The position numbers and the translations under genes were made by a program. Shown here one piece after another: positions 13,567 to 22,982 of a stretch of DNA of 64,000 nt. Source of the stretch: Iphione sp. A-MEVVRFRX5 (lineage: Eukaryota). The stretch spans positions 36,580,001 through 36,644,000 of the forward strand of contig OZ320319.1 in NCBI GenBank assembly GCA_976226885.1, in the 5' to 3' direction. Each line of letters begins with the position of its first letter. The stretch's first letter is position 1. The notes beneath the pieces are model-generated. The model did not search any database. It had not been told where the DNA came from and saw only the letters and a list, made by a program, of their open reading frames with translations.

Positions 13567-15038
13567 AGCTACATTTGGCCTCATTAAGCATCCGTCTGTG
13601 CTCTCCACAGTTGTTTTTTTCTTCCTAGCTACCTGCATGTCTTAACATTTTCAATGACATTTCAACTCTCTACGATTAGAACGTGAAAATGCAGCCAATC
13701 GAGGTGGGCCTTTTTTCCCCTCCTTCCTCCTTACGGATCACCTTGGTTTTTGCGTCTCTCTATTGAGGAGAATCCCCTTGTTCATTGTACGATAGTGAAC
13801 CATATCTCCCCCCCCCCTCCCCTATGAATCGCTCGTGCTTCAGTACTGAGTCTATAATGTGACTTTTTTCATTGTTACTAAATTGACGTACATGTATATA
13901 ATAATACTCACTGTGTGCTCCCGTCTACCATCAGTTCTATTTTCTCTCGGCTGATTGATTTCAGATAGAGAATATTTTTAACTTCGTGTAGGTACGGAAA
14001 TATGGATAGAGGTGGCTCCAGAATTTGATAGATATTTGATGGGAGAGCTTTCCCTTCGCGCTTCACATATATTCCATCAGTCATAGCAAATACCTTGTGC
14101 CTCGATATATTGTTTCCATTATGTATTCACATATCCATGTGGCATATTTGTAACCCATACATTTATGCTTTCTTGTGTCATTCATGTTTTTAAAAAATGC
14201 TCATTGTCATATGCCTTGTCATCTTAGGGAAGCCATGCTGAGACAGAAGGTAAGGTTTTTACAGTATTGAATTGCTCAAGCTATCCTTCTTGAGAAAAGC
14301 TTCCCCCAAATAGCAGTCTAGCATTGCAGCTTAATATAACAAGGCTTTGGGGGATGAAGTACATGTGAAGCATGATGAGTCACCCCTGTTCAGCCTGTTC
14401 TACAAGCTTTCAAATTCTGCAGCAGAATTCAAGCGTGAAGCATGGCATCCTTCCCCCAGACAAGCCTCTCACAGGAGCTACTGAGATTACGAACGAGGAA
14501 TGCACCGCATTGTTCAGTTAACTGCCGTACTACAGAGATTGATGCCTGAGTTTGATGCGAACTCGATCTGCCTCGTAGTTCCTCTTCTGTATCCTGCTGC
14601 ATCCTGGACCGGTTCTGTTTTCTTAGGTGTGGCATTCAGCTCGATACGTCTTAAGCTGGTAACGTTTTCTCTGGGATAGATGTGGTCCCTCGTTAACAGA
14701 GAGGAGGGTTTTTTTGACACGGGACAATTCACCTTGTTCCTTTAGACTGCTATAATGCAACACTGACGCATAGTTCTGTTCTACTTAACCAACAGTCTTC
14801 GCTCTCAGCTTTTTGGTCCTACACTGACAACTGATTCTAAATGTGCATCACCCGTTAAATAATTTGCCAAGTGTGTAATACTTGTCAATATCATATACAT
14901 GTATGTGTACATCCATATGCATGTTATTTATACTTAATTACGAACGGAGGTGCTTAGTTATACCGATTTGGTACAAGCACAGTAGTACAACAATAAAGTG
15001 AAATGTTCATGTCAATCTATATGGGGCACAAACATTCG

Positions 15039-15150
15039 TTATTAGTCCCCCACTTCCATGAGGAGGAGGAGATTCTAGGACTGGTCCTGTCTGAGCGTCC
15101 GGCACCCCATCGTGAAACTGTCGGCCTTATAAGTTCCAAAATACGGTATC
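15039..15150 (+). mobile_element. Possible degenerate HINE/DINE-like 5' fragment
   Basis: TTATTAGTCCCC...GAGGAGGAGG, then gtctgagcgtccg and ggccttataag, echoing the 32.0 kb copy. Confidence 0.3.
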
Positions 15151-16352
15151 AAATGCATTCATTTTAACTGTAATGTTTTACTATGTGGATTCTTGCCAAT
15201 GTGTGAAGTTGATAGAGTTTCATCTAGTATATGATATAAAAGGAAGAAAAAAATAGAACAGATTTGTATTGTAGTACATGTAGAGAGAGCATGGAGCTGT
15301 CTTTGTCTGCTCACCCAGCCAAGACCAATTTGTTCCACTTCATTGCAGAGTTGGTTGGGGGACCACAGAACTTGTTGAATTTTTTGAAGTGCTTTCTGTG
15401 TTTTAAATACAGTATGGCACCATTTCCGATCATTTTCAAATATACAAAGGCTTTTGAATGAAAGCACAGGTTTATGCAGTGAAACTAAAGGTAGAGGTCA
15501 TTGCTCTTAAGGTCCATGGTATGCCACCAGGAAAGCAACCTTGACATGGTATAAGCTTTGTAGAGCCGATGTCATGGCTTGTAATACTTGACTAATCCGA
15601 AGGAAATCTCAATTATAAAATCAAAGGGGAGCAGTATTTCTAAATTTGGTGCTGTAAGTGAAGGGAAGGTTTTATTCTAATTCAACTGCTGTACTGTCAT
15701 TCAGGAGAAGCAAAACGTTGGCTCTCTCAGGTAGATGCTTTAAAAGGTTTCTTGTGTCATCTAGCAAGCCTGGTTATCGCCGATGGCTCCATCTGTACCG
15801 ATGGAACGCACGCTGCCTAAACGTTGCGATACTCTGGCTGATTGAACCACCCACCACCACCCAGCGCACCAACTCTCTACACGGAGATCCTCCGTGGCTG
15901 CCAGTTTAGTCATGGCGCCTTGCCCACGCCACTTCGTCAGTTGATCACGCCCTCAGCTCAGCTGTTCACGTAACATAGTACCCAGCCGCACAGATACCAA
16001 AGCCTTACCCGGCCTCTCCATCATCATCCTCATACTCTGAAACTGAATCCTTCCATCTCCGCGGTCATAAATGGAAGAGCAAAAATACTTAAACAATTAG
16101 TAAATTCCTGTTTTTTTAAATAAGGGTGACCATGATGCCACCTTGTAGCCATCAGCATTGTTTTTATGTCAGTCGATATGAAATAAACTGCTCGTTCAAC
16201 TAGACATTAGAGGAGATTACCCCAGACTTCGAATCTCGAGTCCAGATGAGCTGTACATATAAATACAGACCTTGTAAGTAACCAATGCCTACGCCTTTGT
16301 CTAAGTTAGCAGGGCAGTGGCAGGATGAGTGCCCACGTGCAGACGCACGCAT

Positions 16353-16382
16353 ACACACACACACACACACACGCACACACAC
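16353..16382. repeat. (CA)n microsatellite
   Basis: Visible in the sequence. Confidence 0.85.
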
Positions 16383-17600
16383 CGCGCGACGCAATAAGAC
16401 AGGTAGCAAGCACCCCATCACCTCGGGAGTACACAAGGGGTCGATAAAACCTTTGTTGTTTTGATGGGTGTACAACAGCAATGTGAATGGTATAAGAATA
16501 TTTGGTATAGTTTAGATGTAGGGTAGTCTGTAATTGAACCAGCACATTTCGTAAAGCCCACCTATATAGTCCCTGCGACGCTCTGGAAGGGACTACACCT
16601 TGATTGGCGGTAGCTGGGCTAATTTTACACAATTCCTCTGTTTCATTAAAAAAGAATCAATACAGAGAGAAGCGTCATACTTAGGTGCATAGACATAAAC
16701 AGCCTCTGCTGCAGGGAACTGCTACGGAACTACATCATTTATGAAACTGAATTAACATGCGTATTGTCTATGACCTCTGTATTTGAACCGTTTAAGCAGA
16801 TCAGTTTGCGTCATGTACTCGTGAGATCGTCGTAAAAATAATTTGTTCGTCGTCCTTGCCATATTCTGTGATAGATATTGATCTCCATGTTCACCTTTAC
16901 AAATGATAGGCACATCTAGACAATCTTTAAATTGTCCTTAGTCGTCTACTGTAATACAGAAGTAAGAGTAAAGGAAACTGTTCCGACCCGGTGGACAACT
17001 CGATATTTCTGTGGTTTCGTTCCCCGACGTTACCTACAGTTTGGAATGTGAGTAGAGGATGCTGTTTGCTGAAAAAGAAGAGGCAAACTGGAAAAAAACA
17101 GAAAGGGCTTCGTGCACATTGCGAGCGGGTATTGTCCTATATGTCTAATAACTGCCATCTCATATTAAGACTGATGCGGCTGCTGTCAAAGATGGAAATT
17201 GGCTTATCTTACCTCATACTAATGACCTTTCTGTATATTGGTATAGAACATGAACGCCCATAAACCGTTGCTATGACAACTGGAATCACTGTCCATCATG
17301 CGTTGTCACTGAACGAACGTCATATTGTCAGACTCCGCGTGGCAATCACCCCGACAGGAAGAGCCTGAGACACTGGCTGGCCATGGACTGAGTCTCCAAC
17401 GTTAATTTTGAAGCTATGGGCTTTCCTCTTTATCAAGGCTTAGTTTTTACTTACAGTTAATTAGATGTAGTGATCCTTTGGTAGAGCGCTCAGCTGTTTC
17501 CAAATCACAGTTAAAATAAGTTATTGGTCAAAAGTACATGTATTATATTTAATATTTTCATTCTTTCGGCTATCCTTCATGGTGTGTGGACGTGTTCTCT

Positions 17601-17609
17601 GAAGTGAGC
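17601..17609 (+). promoter_or_regulatory. Putative 5' splice donor in the LINE 5' UTR
   Basis: GAA|GTGAGC at 17604, 32 nt upstream of the ORF1 ATG. Confidence 0.4.
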
Positions 17610-17635
17610 GATTTCGCATGACTAATTAACCAATT

Positions 17636-19129
17636 ATGACAAGATCAAAAGCACTGAAACATACAGAAAAGGACAAAAAACTGCCAAAAAAGGGAACCGA
17701 ACCGAAAGAAAGTGAGAATGACGATGATATCCTACTAACAGAGGAAATTTCAAAGACAAATTTGAACCAAACGACACTACAGGATGGGGATACCGAGCGG
17801 AATCACCCAACATCGCCCAATCCAACGGGGGGACACGGCATCAGTGACCGGTCCCTGACCGCCGTGGACCGCACGGTCCAAGATCTTATTGACCACAACA
17901 CAGCAGCCCTAAAACTACACTCAGTGGCTTTGAACAACATTCTACAAACCGAACAACAAGTGTTGAATGAACTGAAGGGGCTTCGAGACGATTACCACAA
18001 GAACAGAAAAGTAAGTGAAACTCTGATTGAAAAACTGTCCAGGGAAAATAATCTCCTCAAGGAACAACTTGATGCGGCTATGGCTCGAATCAAGGCACTT
18101 GAAAATGCAAGAATCCCTCCACAACAGGAACAAATTGATTTAAACCCTGGCATTCCTCAGAACAATGAAATCAGGGGGGGAGTAGTCGATGAACTGTCGG
18201 AGGAGGTTAACGACAAGAGGTGGAATCTCATCGCCCAGGGAATCCCAGAAGATAAAGCCCTTGACTTGTACAGTGAAGTAAGTTCCCTACTGAACTATCT
18301 AGACCCATCGATTGAGGAAGAGGACATATTCAACATCGAACGTATAGGCACGTACAAGGAAGGCAGGGAACGAGCTATCCTCATTGGATTCAATGCTTCT
18401 CAGGTACGGGACACAATATACCGTAGGAGATTTCAATTAAAATCGAGTCACAAATTTCAAGGTGTCTATCTCCGGGAGGATATTCCTCAGAGTTGTCGAC
18501 AGATCTACCAAAATCTACAAAATATTGCTGCGTTAGGAAGGAAAAATGGCATGAAAACAAGTGTGTGTGGTCTAGTTCTACGGATTAATGGTCACCCATA
18601 CAAACACACCGAGCTTGATCAGCTACCGAAGGGATTATCCCTCGAGGCTGCAAACACTCAAGAATCCGACGACCTGGTGGCGTTTCGAGGAGCAAGCTGT
18701 AAACTGTCCATGACGTATCCCACAGAATTGGATTACGAGGGAGTAAGGTATACTAGCTGTGAACATGCCTTCCAATCGTCCAAGGCCCAAATGTGTGAGG
18801 ACGATGCAGCAGTAGAGAAACTGAAGAGCGTTTCAAATGGTCTAGCGGCTAGACGCGTCGGAAACCTCGTTACTCGCACAGCTAAATGGAACAAGAAGGA
18901 AAGTGCTACACTATATGAAATCCTCAAACTGAAATTTGTAAAAGACGAGTTCAAGGAGGCCTTGCTGGCTACTGACGATAAGGACCTCATAGAAGTAAGT
19001 ACTGACTCTATAATGGGAAGTGGTTGCCACTTATATGATGAGCGTCTCCATAATGGTCAATACCCCGGAAAAAATCTTGTTGGAATGGCCCTGATGTGGC
19101 TACGTGCTGAGCTCAGAGAATCCCACTGA
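17636..19129 (+). CDS. LINE ORF1 protein: disordered N-terminus, coiled coil (~aa 76-158), L1-ORF1p-like RRM/CTD (~aa 194-325), C-terminal NADAR/YbiA-like domain (~aa 347-494)
   Basis: 497 aa intact ORF. The RRM-like pattern KRWNLIAQGIPE...ERIG...RAILIGF...VRDTIY...VYLRED matches ORF1p motifs. NADAR pattern: FRG..LS..YP..EG.RY.SCEHAFQSSKA..ARRVG..W..LKLKF..LLAT..LIE..D..GSG..GKNLVGMALMWLRAEL. Confidence 0.88.
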   Translation: MTRSKALKHTEKDKKLPKKGTEPKESENDDDILLTEEISKTNLNQTTLQDGDTERNHPTSPNPTGGHGISDRSLTAVDRTVQDLIDHNTAALKLHSVALNNILQTEQQVLNELKGLRDDYHKNRKVSETLIEKLSRENNLLKEQLDAAMARIKALENARIPPQQEQIDLNPGIPQNNEIRGGVVDELSEEVNDKRWNLIAQGIPEDKALDLYSEVSSLLNYLDPSIEEEDIFNIERIGTYKEGRERAILIGFNASQVRDTIYRRRFQLKSSHKFQGVYLREDIPQSCRQIYQNLQNIAALGRKNGMKTSVCGLVLRINGHPYKHTELDQLPKGLSLEAANTQESDDLVAFRGASCKLSMTYPTELDYEGVRYTSCEHAFQSSKAQMCEDDAAVEKLKSVSNGLAARRVGNLVTRTAKWNKKESATLYEILKLKFVKDEFKEALLATDDKDLIEVSTDSIMGSGCHLYDERLHNGQYPGKNLVGMALMWLRAELRESH

Positions 19130-19240
19130 ATGTATATAGGATCGACCAATACTAACTCTGATACAGAATATCGACACCTATAGACATATTACTTGGAGAG
19201 ATTCTCTACTGTTTCCTGGGAAGTAATTAATGGTAAATGT

Positions 19241-19262
19241 ATTTATTTTCGGTCATTTACAG
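19241..19262 (+). promoter_or_regulatory. Putative 3' splice acceptor 2 nt upstream of the middle-ORF ATG
   Basis: atttattttcggtcatttacAG|aaATG. Confidence 0.55.
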
Positions 19263-19264
19263 AA

Positions 19265-19864
19265 ATGAATCCTATGGTCAGATATGTGGCGGATGAAACT
19301 GGTGTGGAATTAGCCTATCACCTACAAGAAACGTATGGTGATAGGATACTACTATCGTCTCATATATACCCAGGCCTAACCCCAGAATATCTTGCATCTC
19401 ACATCGCTACCTTCCCTGACGGCCCATTCAACATCACTGTAATCCGCCTAGGGCTGCATTCCTATGCCAGAGAAGATGACGGCCAATGGAGTTCCAGGTG
19501 TACTGACGACGACACAAACCTGGAGGCAAGCGTCCCGTCAACCCTGGTGTCAATCAACAATCACCTCAATGCAATGGGACACACTGTTATCTACCTACCT
19601 ATTAATGGGGTATCCTTGCTAACCACAGATAATGCTGAACAGGACCTGCTGAACGCCCAAATTTGCCACTTCAACTTGGCGGTAGCAGAAGTGAATCTGT
19701 TGGGTGGTCACACAACGCCTGAAACGGCCTGGCCACTGCATGACTTTACCAATGGGGATATCATATTCCGCCCCGAAGAACTGATTGGGGGTGTCAGAGT
19801 TAAACATCACATAGCCTACAACTGGGCTTGCAATGTAGGCGACTATGTTCTCGGACTACTATAA
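19265..19864 (+). CDS. Middle ORF (199 aa from first ATG), probable degenerate SGNH/GDSL esterase-like fold
   Basis: Open frame 19184-19864 with first ATG at 19265. Motif spacing resembles SGNH blocks: YVADE (for xxGDS), YPGLT, VIRLGLHS (for vihxGxND), GGVRV (for DGxH). Lies between ORF1 and ORF2 of a LINE group known to carry ORF1 esterases. Confidence 0.5.
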   Translation: MNPMVRYVADETGVELAYHLQETYGDRILLSSHIYPGLTPEYLASHIATFPDGPFNITVIRLGLHSYAREDDGQWSSRCTDDDTNLEASVPSTLVSINNHLNAMGHTVIYLPINGVSLLTTDNAEQDLLNAQICHFNLAVAEVNLLGGHTTPETAWPLHDFTNGDIIFRPEELIGGVRVKHHIAYNWACNVGDYVLGLL

Positions 19865-19941
19865 TTCTTCCCTCTGCCATTTAATCGTATTTTTTGTCTG
19901 AATTGTTTTCCTGTTTATATCTACTTTCTTCAATCGCGCAG
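19865..19941 (+). promoter_or_regulatory. Pyrimidine-rich spacer ending in a putative 3' splice acceptor 11 nt upstream of the ORF2 ATG
   Basis: ...ctactttcttcaatcgcgcAG|gtgttgaaataATG; the whole spacer is T/C-rich. Confidence 0.55.
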
Positions 19942-19952
19942 GTGTTGAAATA

Positions 19953-21875
19953 ATGAAGGGTCGTGGTATTATATTTTGGAATATCAGAAGCTTTATTCCC
20001 AAAATTGATGATGTGAGGTTACTACTAGATAACGTCGAACCTTATATCTGTTGTATCACTGAAACATGGTTATCACCCATTATGACTAATGACATACTAA
20101 ATCATGAAAATTACAAATTATTTCGCCAAGATAGGGTATCTTCCGTAAAAAAACGAGGTGGAGGTATACTTGTATATGTTAGGAAGACGGAGTCTATCAC
20201 TGAATTCCCAGACCTGTCGTGCAATTCAGATAGCTGTGAATCGATCAGCCTGTTACTCCATTCTCAACACCGTAAACCACTAGGGGTCACCGTTGTCTAT
20301 GCACCGCCATCTGGTTCCAAGAGTGATTTAATAAAATACCTGGAAACTAATACTACAGCATTGAAACACAAGGGGGCTAAAGATATCATTATAGGGGGGG
20401 ATATGAACATTGACTGGGCGAGAAAAAATCCAAACTCCTCCAATCTTGAAAAAACCTGTTCAAAATTTGGTCTGAAACAATACATTAATGAGCCCACAAT
20501 AATTCATGAATCAAGCAAATCAATAATCGATCTAATTTTCACCAATATGCAGAACATTACAGAGGTTGGGACTATTGATGTCAATGTAAGTGACCACAAG
20601 CCGGTTTTCATTCTGAATAAGAAAATCAGGGAAAGGAAGAAGAAATATTCCTATATAGGTAGAGACTGGAGCAAATATGACAAGAGTGCCCTACGAGACC
20701 ATCTCCAACCTGTAATTGACTATCATGAATCTTATAGTAACCTCCCACTAGCTGACAGGTGGGATACTCTCCAGAGTGCCGTTGTTGAAGCGGTTAAGGT
20801 CCTGTGTCCAGAGAAAGCTAAAACTAGAAAATCTGGAACTAATTGGATGACACCTGAACTCCTTGATGCAATTCGCAACCGTGATTATTTCCTAAAAAAA
20901 TACACCACAACCAAAAACATTGATGACCTTAGAATTTCAAAATTTTATAAATCAAAAGCCAAAAAACTTACCAAGCAAGCAAAAAGAGATTTCTACAGAA
21001 AAATCTTAGGAAATTGCACGACTGCGAAGGATTATTGGTCCTGTATTAACTCACATGTCCTAAACAAAGGTAAAGGTGCGACCAAAATCAATCTAGTTGA
21101 GAACGATGCTAGTCAATCAGATAAAGACATTCCCGAAATTTTTAATGCTATGTTTGTCTCTCAGGCAGAAAAACTTTGTCATGACATCACTCTGCCATAC
21201 CATGAAGGGGAACCTGAATGGGACCTCAGACCGGTGACTCATCAGTCTCTTGTAAAAAAGATACTCCAGGTTAAATCCAAAAAACCAAGTGGCATCGACG
21301 GTGTTCCAACCACTGTACTCAAGGATGCCCTACTAATAACCTCAGAATTCTTCCTAACCATTGTTAATGAAATAATCGTAACAGGTAACTACCCAGACCA
21401 ATGGAAGGTTGCACGGATTACCCCTCTTCACAAAAAGGGATCAAGGGAGAAAAAGGAAAACTTTCGACCGATTGCAATACTTCCTATAGTAGGGAAGCTA
21501 GTTGAGGCTATCGTTCATGAGCAGATGGTTGACTATCTGGAGATCAGTAGATTCTATTGTCGTGAGCAGCATGGATTCCGGCGCCATAGAGGGACGAGCA
21601 CAGCAATTGGAGTGTATTTAAGAGACATTTATTCAGCGATCGACGAAGACAGATATGTGGCCAGTATACTATTCGATTATTCTAAAGCTTTCGACGTAAT
21701 CAACCATGAGCTTATCATAAACTGCCTCAGACAATCTGGTATGGGTTCAAAGGCACTAGGCTGGGCATCCTCTTACTTAGAGGGGAGGAGCCAATTCGTT
21801 CGTTGTAATCATGTCAACTCAATTCCCCTGAGTGTTAAGCAAGGCGTTCCTCAGGGGAGCCTAATGGGCCCCTGA
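19953..21875 (+). CDS. LINE ORF2, 5' part: apurinic-type endonuclease and N-terminal part of reverse transcriptase
   Basis: APE motifs IIFWNIRS, CITETWL, RQDR..GGGILVYV, VYAPP, GGDMNID, IDLIF, SDHKPV. RT motifs WKVARITPLHKKG, NFRPIAILP, QHGFR, FDYSKAFD, QGVPQGS. Ends at a premature TGA caused by a frameshift. Confidence 0.95.
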   Translation: MKGRGIIFWNIRSFIPKIDDVRLLLDNVEPYICCITETWLSPIMTNDILNHENYKLFRQDRVSSVKKRGGGILVYVRKTESITEFPDLSCNSDSCESISLLLHSQHRKPLGVTVVYAPPSGSKSDLIKYLETNTTALKHKGAKDIIIGGDMNIDWARKNPNSSNLEKTCSKFGLKQYINEPTIIHESSKSIIDLIFTNMQNITEVGTIDVNVSDHKPVFILNKKIRERKKKYSYIGRDWSKYDKSALRDHLQPVIDYHESYSNLPLADRWDTLQSAVVEAVKVLCPEKAKTRKSGTNWMTPELLDAIRNRDYFLKKYTTTKNIDDLRISKFYKSKAKKLTKQAKRDFYRKILGNCTTAKDYWSCINSHVLNKGKGATKINLVENDASQSDKDIPEIFNAMFVSQAEKLCHDITLPYHEGEPEWDLRPVTHQSLVKKILQVKSKKPSGIDGVPTTVLKDALLITSEFFLTIVNEIIVTGNYPDQWKVARITPLHKKGSREKKENFRPIAILPIVGKLVEAIVHEQMVDYLEISRFYCREQHGFRRHRGTSTAIGVYLRDIYSAIDEDRYVASILFDYSKAFDVINHELIINCLRQSGMGSKALGWASSYLEGRSQFVRCNHVNSIPLSVKQGVPQGSLMGP

Positions 21876-22741
21876 TGTTCTCTATTGTTATTAATTCTCT
21901 CCCGAAAGCTTTATCTATAGCTAGCGCAGTGCTATACGCTGACGATCTAACGGTTACCTGTGTAGCGGCCAATGCACTAACACTGCGACTCAAGCTTCAG
22001 CGTACTATCAAGGATGTACAGACCTGGTCTCAGGCAAATGGCCTAACACTGAACACTGAAAAAACCCTGTACCTATCGTTTGGAAAAACTAACCAATTTG
22101 CCCTTGACCTATCCATTGACAACAAACCGATATCTAGGGTGACGAATTGCAAGCTACTAGGGTATATTGTTGATGACAAATTATCATGGAGGCCAATGGT
22201 GGAAAAGACCAGGCGACTAATCAGGCAAAGATCAATTGGTCTGTCAAAAATGGTAAAATTTGTTCCCTTCAGAGATAGACTCAGGCTATATCATGCATTT
22301 GTATTGCCCTGCCTTGACTATGGACTCCCATTTATTGTGAATGCTAGTAAATGTCTAGTGGATGATCTACAGGTTGAAATGAACCGTGCGAGCAAATTAG
22401 TCCTCTTAGGTAGTATGAAAACGATGATGTCAGCCAATACACTACGTCGAAAAGCACGGCTTGAAACAGTCAGTGAAAGGGGTAATAAGCAGCTACTTAT
22501 GTTAATTCACAGGCTTCAATGTATCACCGAATGCAAAATACGTCAACACGCAAAACATCTTAGGAGAAGCAGTTTTGGTAATATGCAATTAAAACAGCCA
22601 AAGAAGAGCCTGTATCAAAAGTCATTTTGGTATAAGGGCATTGCTGCTTGGAATATGGTCCCCTATCCAAGTAAATCAAAATTATCAGTGCAGGAATTCA
22701 GAAGAATTGTGTATAAACAGCACCACGTGCAATCACGCTAA
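21875..22741 (+). CDS. LINE ORF2, 3' part (RT catalytic YADD and C-terminal region), shifted out of frame by a 1-nt deletion
   Basis: Contains VLYADD, LNTEKT, LGYIVDDKLSW, FVLPCLDYG and a terminal W-N motif. Adding one C to the C4 run at 21869-21872 restores G-P-L-M-F and a continuous ORF of about 929 aa. Confidence 0.93.
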   Translation: MFSIVINSLPKALSIASAVLYADDLTVTCVAANALTLRLKLQRTIKDVQTWSQANGLTLNTEKTLYLSFGKTNQFALDLSIDNKPISRVTNCKLLGYIVDDKLSWRPMVEKTRRLIRQRSIGLSKMVKFVPFRDRLRLYHAFVLPCLDYGLPFIVNASKCLVDDLQVEMNRASKLVLLGSMKTMMSANTLRRKARLETVSERGNKQLLMLIHRLQCITECKIRQHAKHLRRSSFGNMQLKQPKKSLYQKSFWYKGIAAWNMVPYPSKSKLSVQEFRRIVYKQHHVQSR

Positions 22742-22911
22742 CTGCAAACTACCCTGTACTATGTAAATAATGTATATACTCATGTGTCATACTCCTGTGT
22801 CTATACAAAGTCGCTAAACTAGTCAAATGTACCCACTAATGGCCATTGTATTTATCAGTTCATTTTTTCTTTTTCCTAGTATTTCCTATTTCCATCTATT
22901 CACGGGAATAT

Positions 22912-22982
22912 CTCGATGTATTTCGCAGAATTGCATTGAGCAGTGAATAAATCATATTTCAATTCAATTCAATTCAATTCAA
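22912..22982 (+). terminator. LINE 3' end: stem-loop, AATAAA and (TTCAA)5 tail
   Basis: CTCGATGTATTTC-GCA-GAATTGCATTGAG (22912-22940) pairs as a 13-position stem with two G:U pairs and one mismatch. AATAAA at 22946 is followed by five TTCAA units. Confidence 0.75.

Larger units (their letters stand above)
17555..22982 (+). mobile_element. Near full-length non-LTR retrotransposon (CR1/L2 group LINE) with three ORFs
   Basis: Co-oriented ORF1 (RRM-like), middle ORF and APE-RT ORF2, then a 3' UTR, AATAAA (22946-22951) and a (TTCAA)5 tail (22958-22982). The 5' boundary is approximate and no convincing TSD was found. Confidence 0.93.

Noticed and set aside
21873-21877. TGATG as programmed stop-restart coupling
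   Set aside because: It splits the RT core between conserved motifs; a 1-nt deletion explains it more simply.
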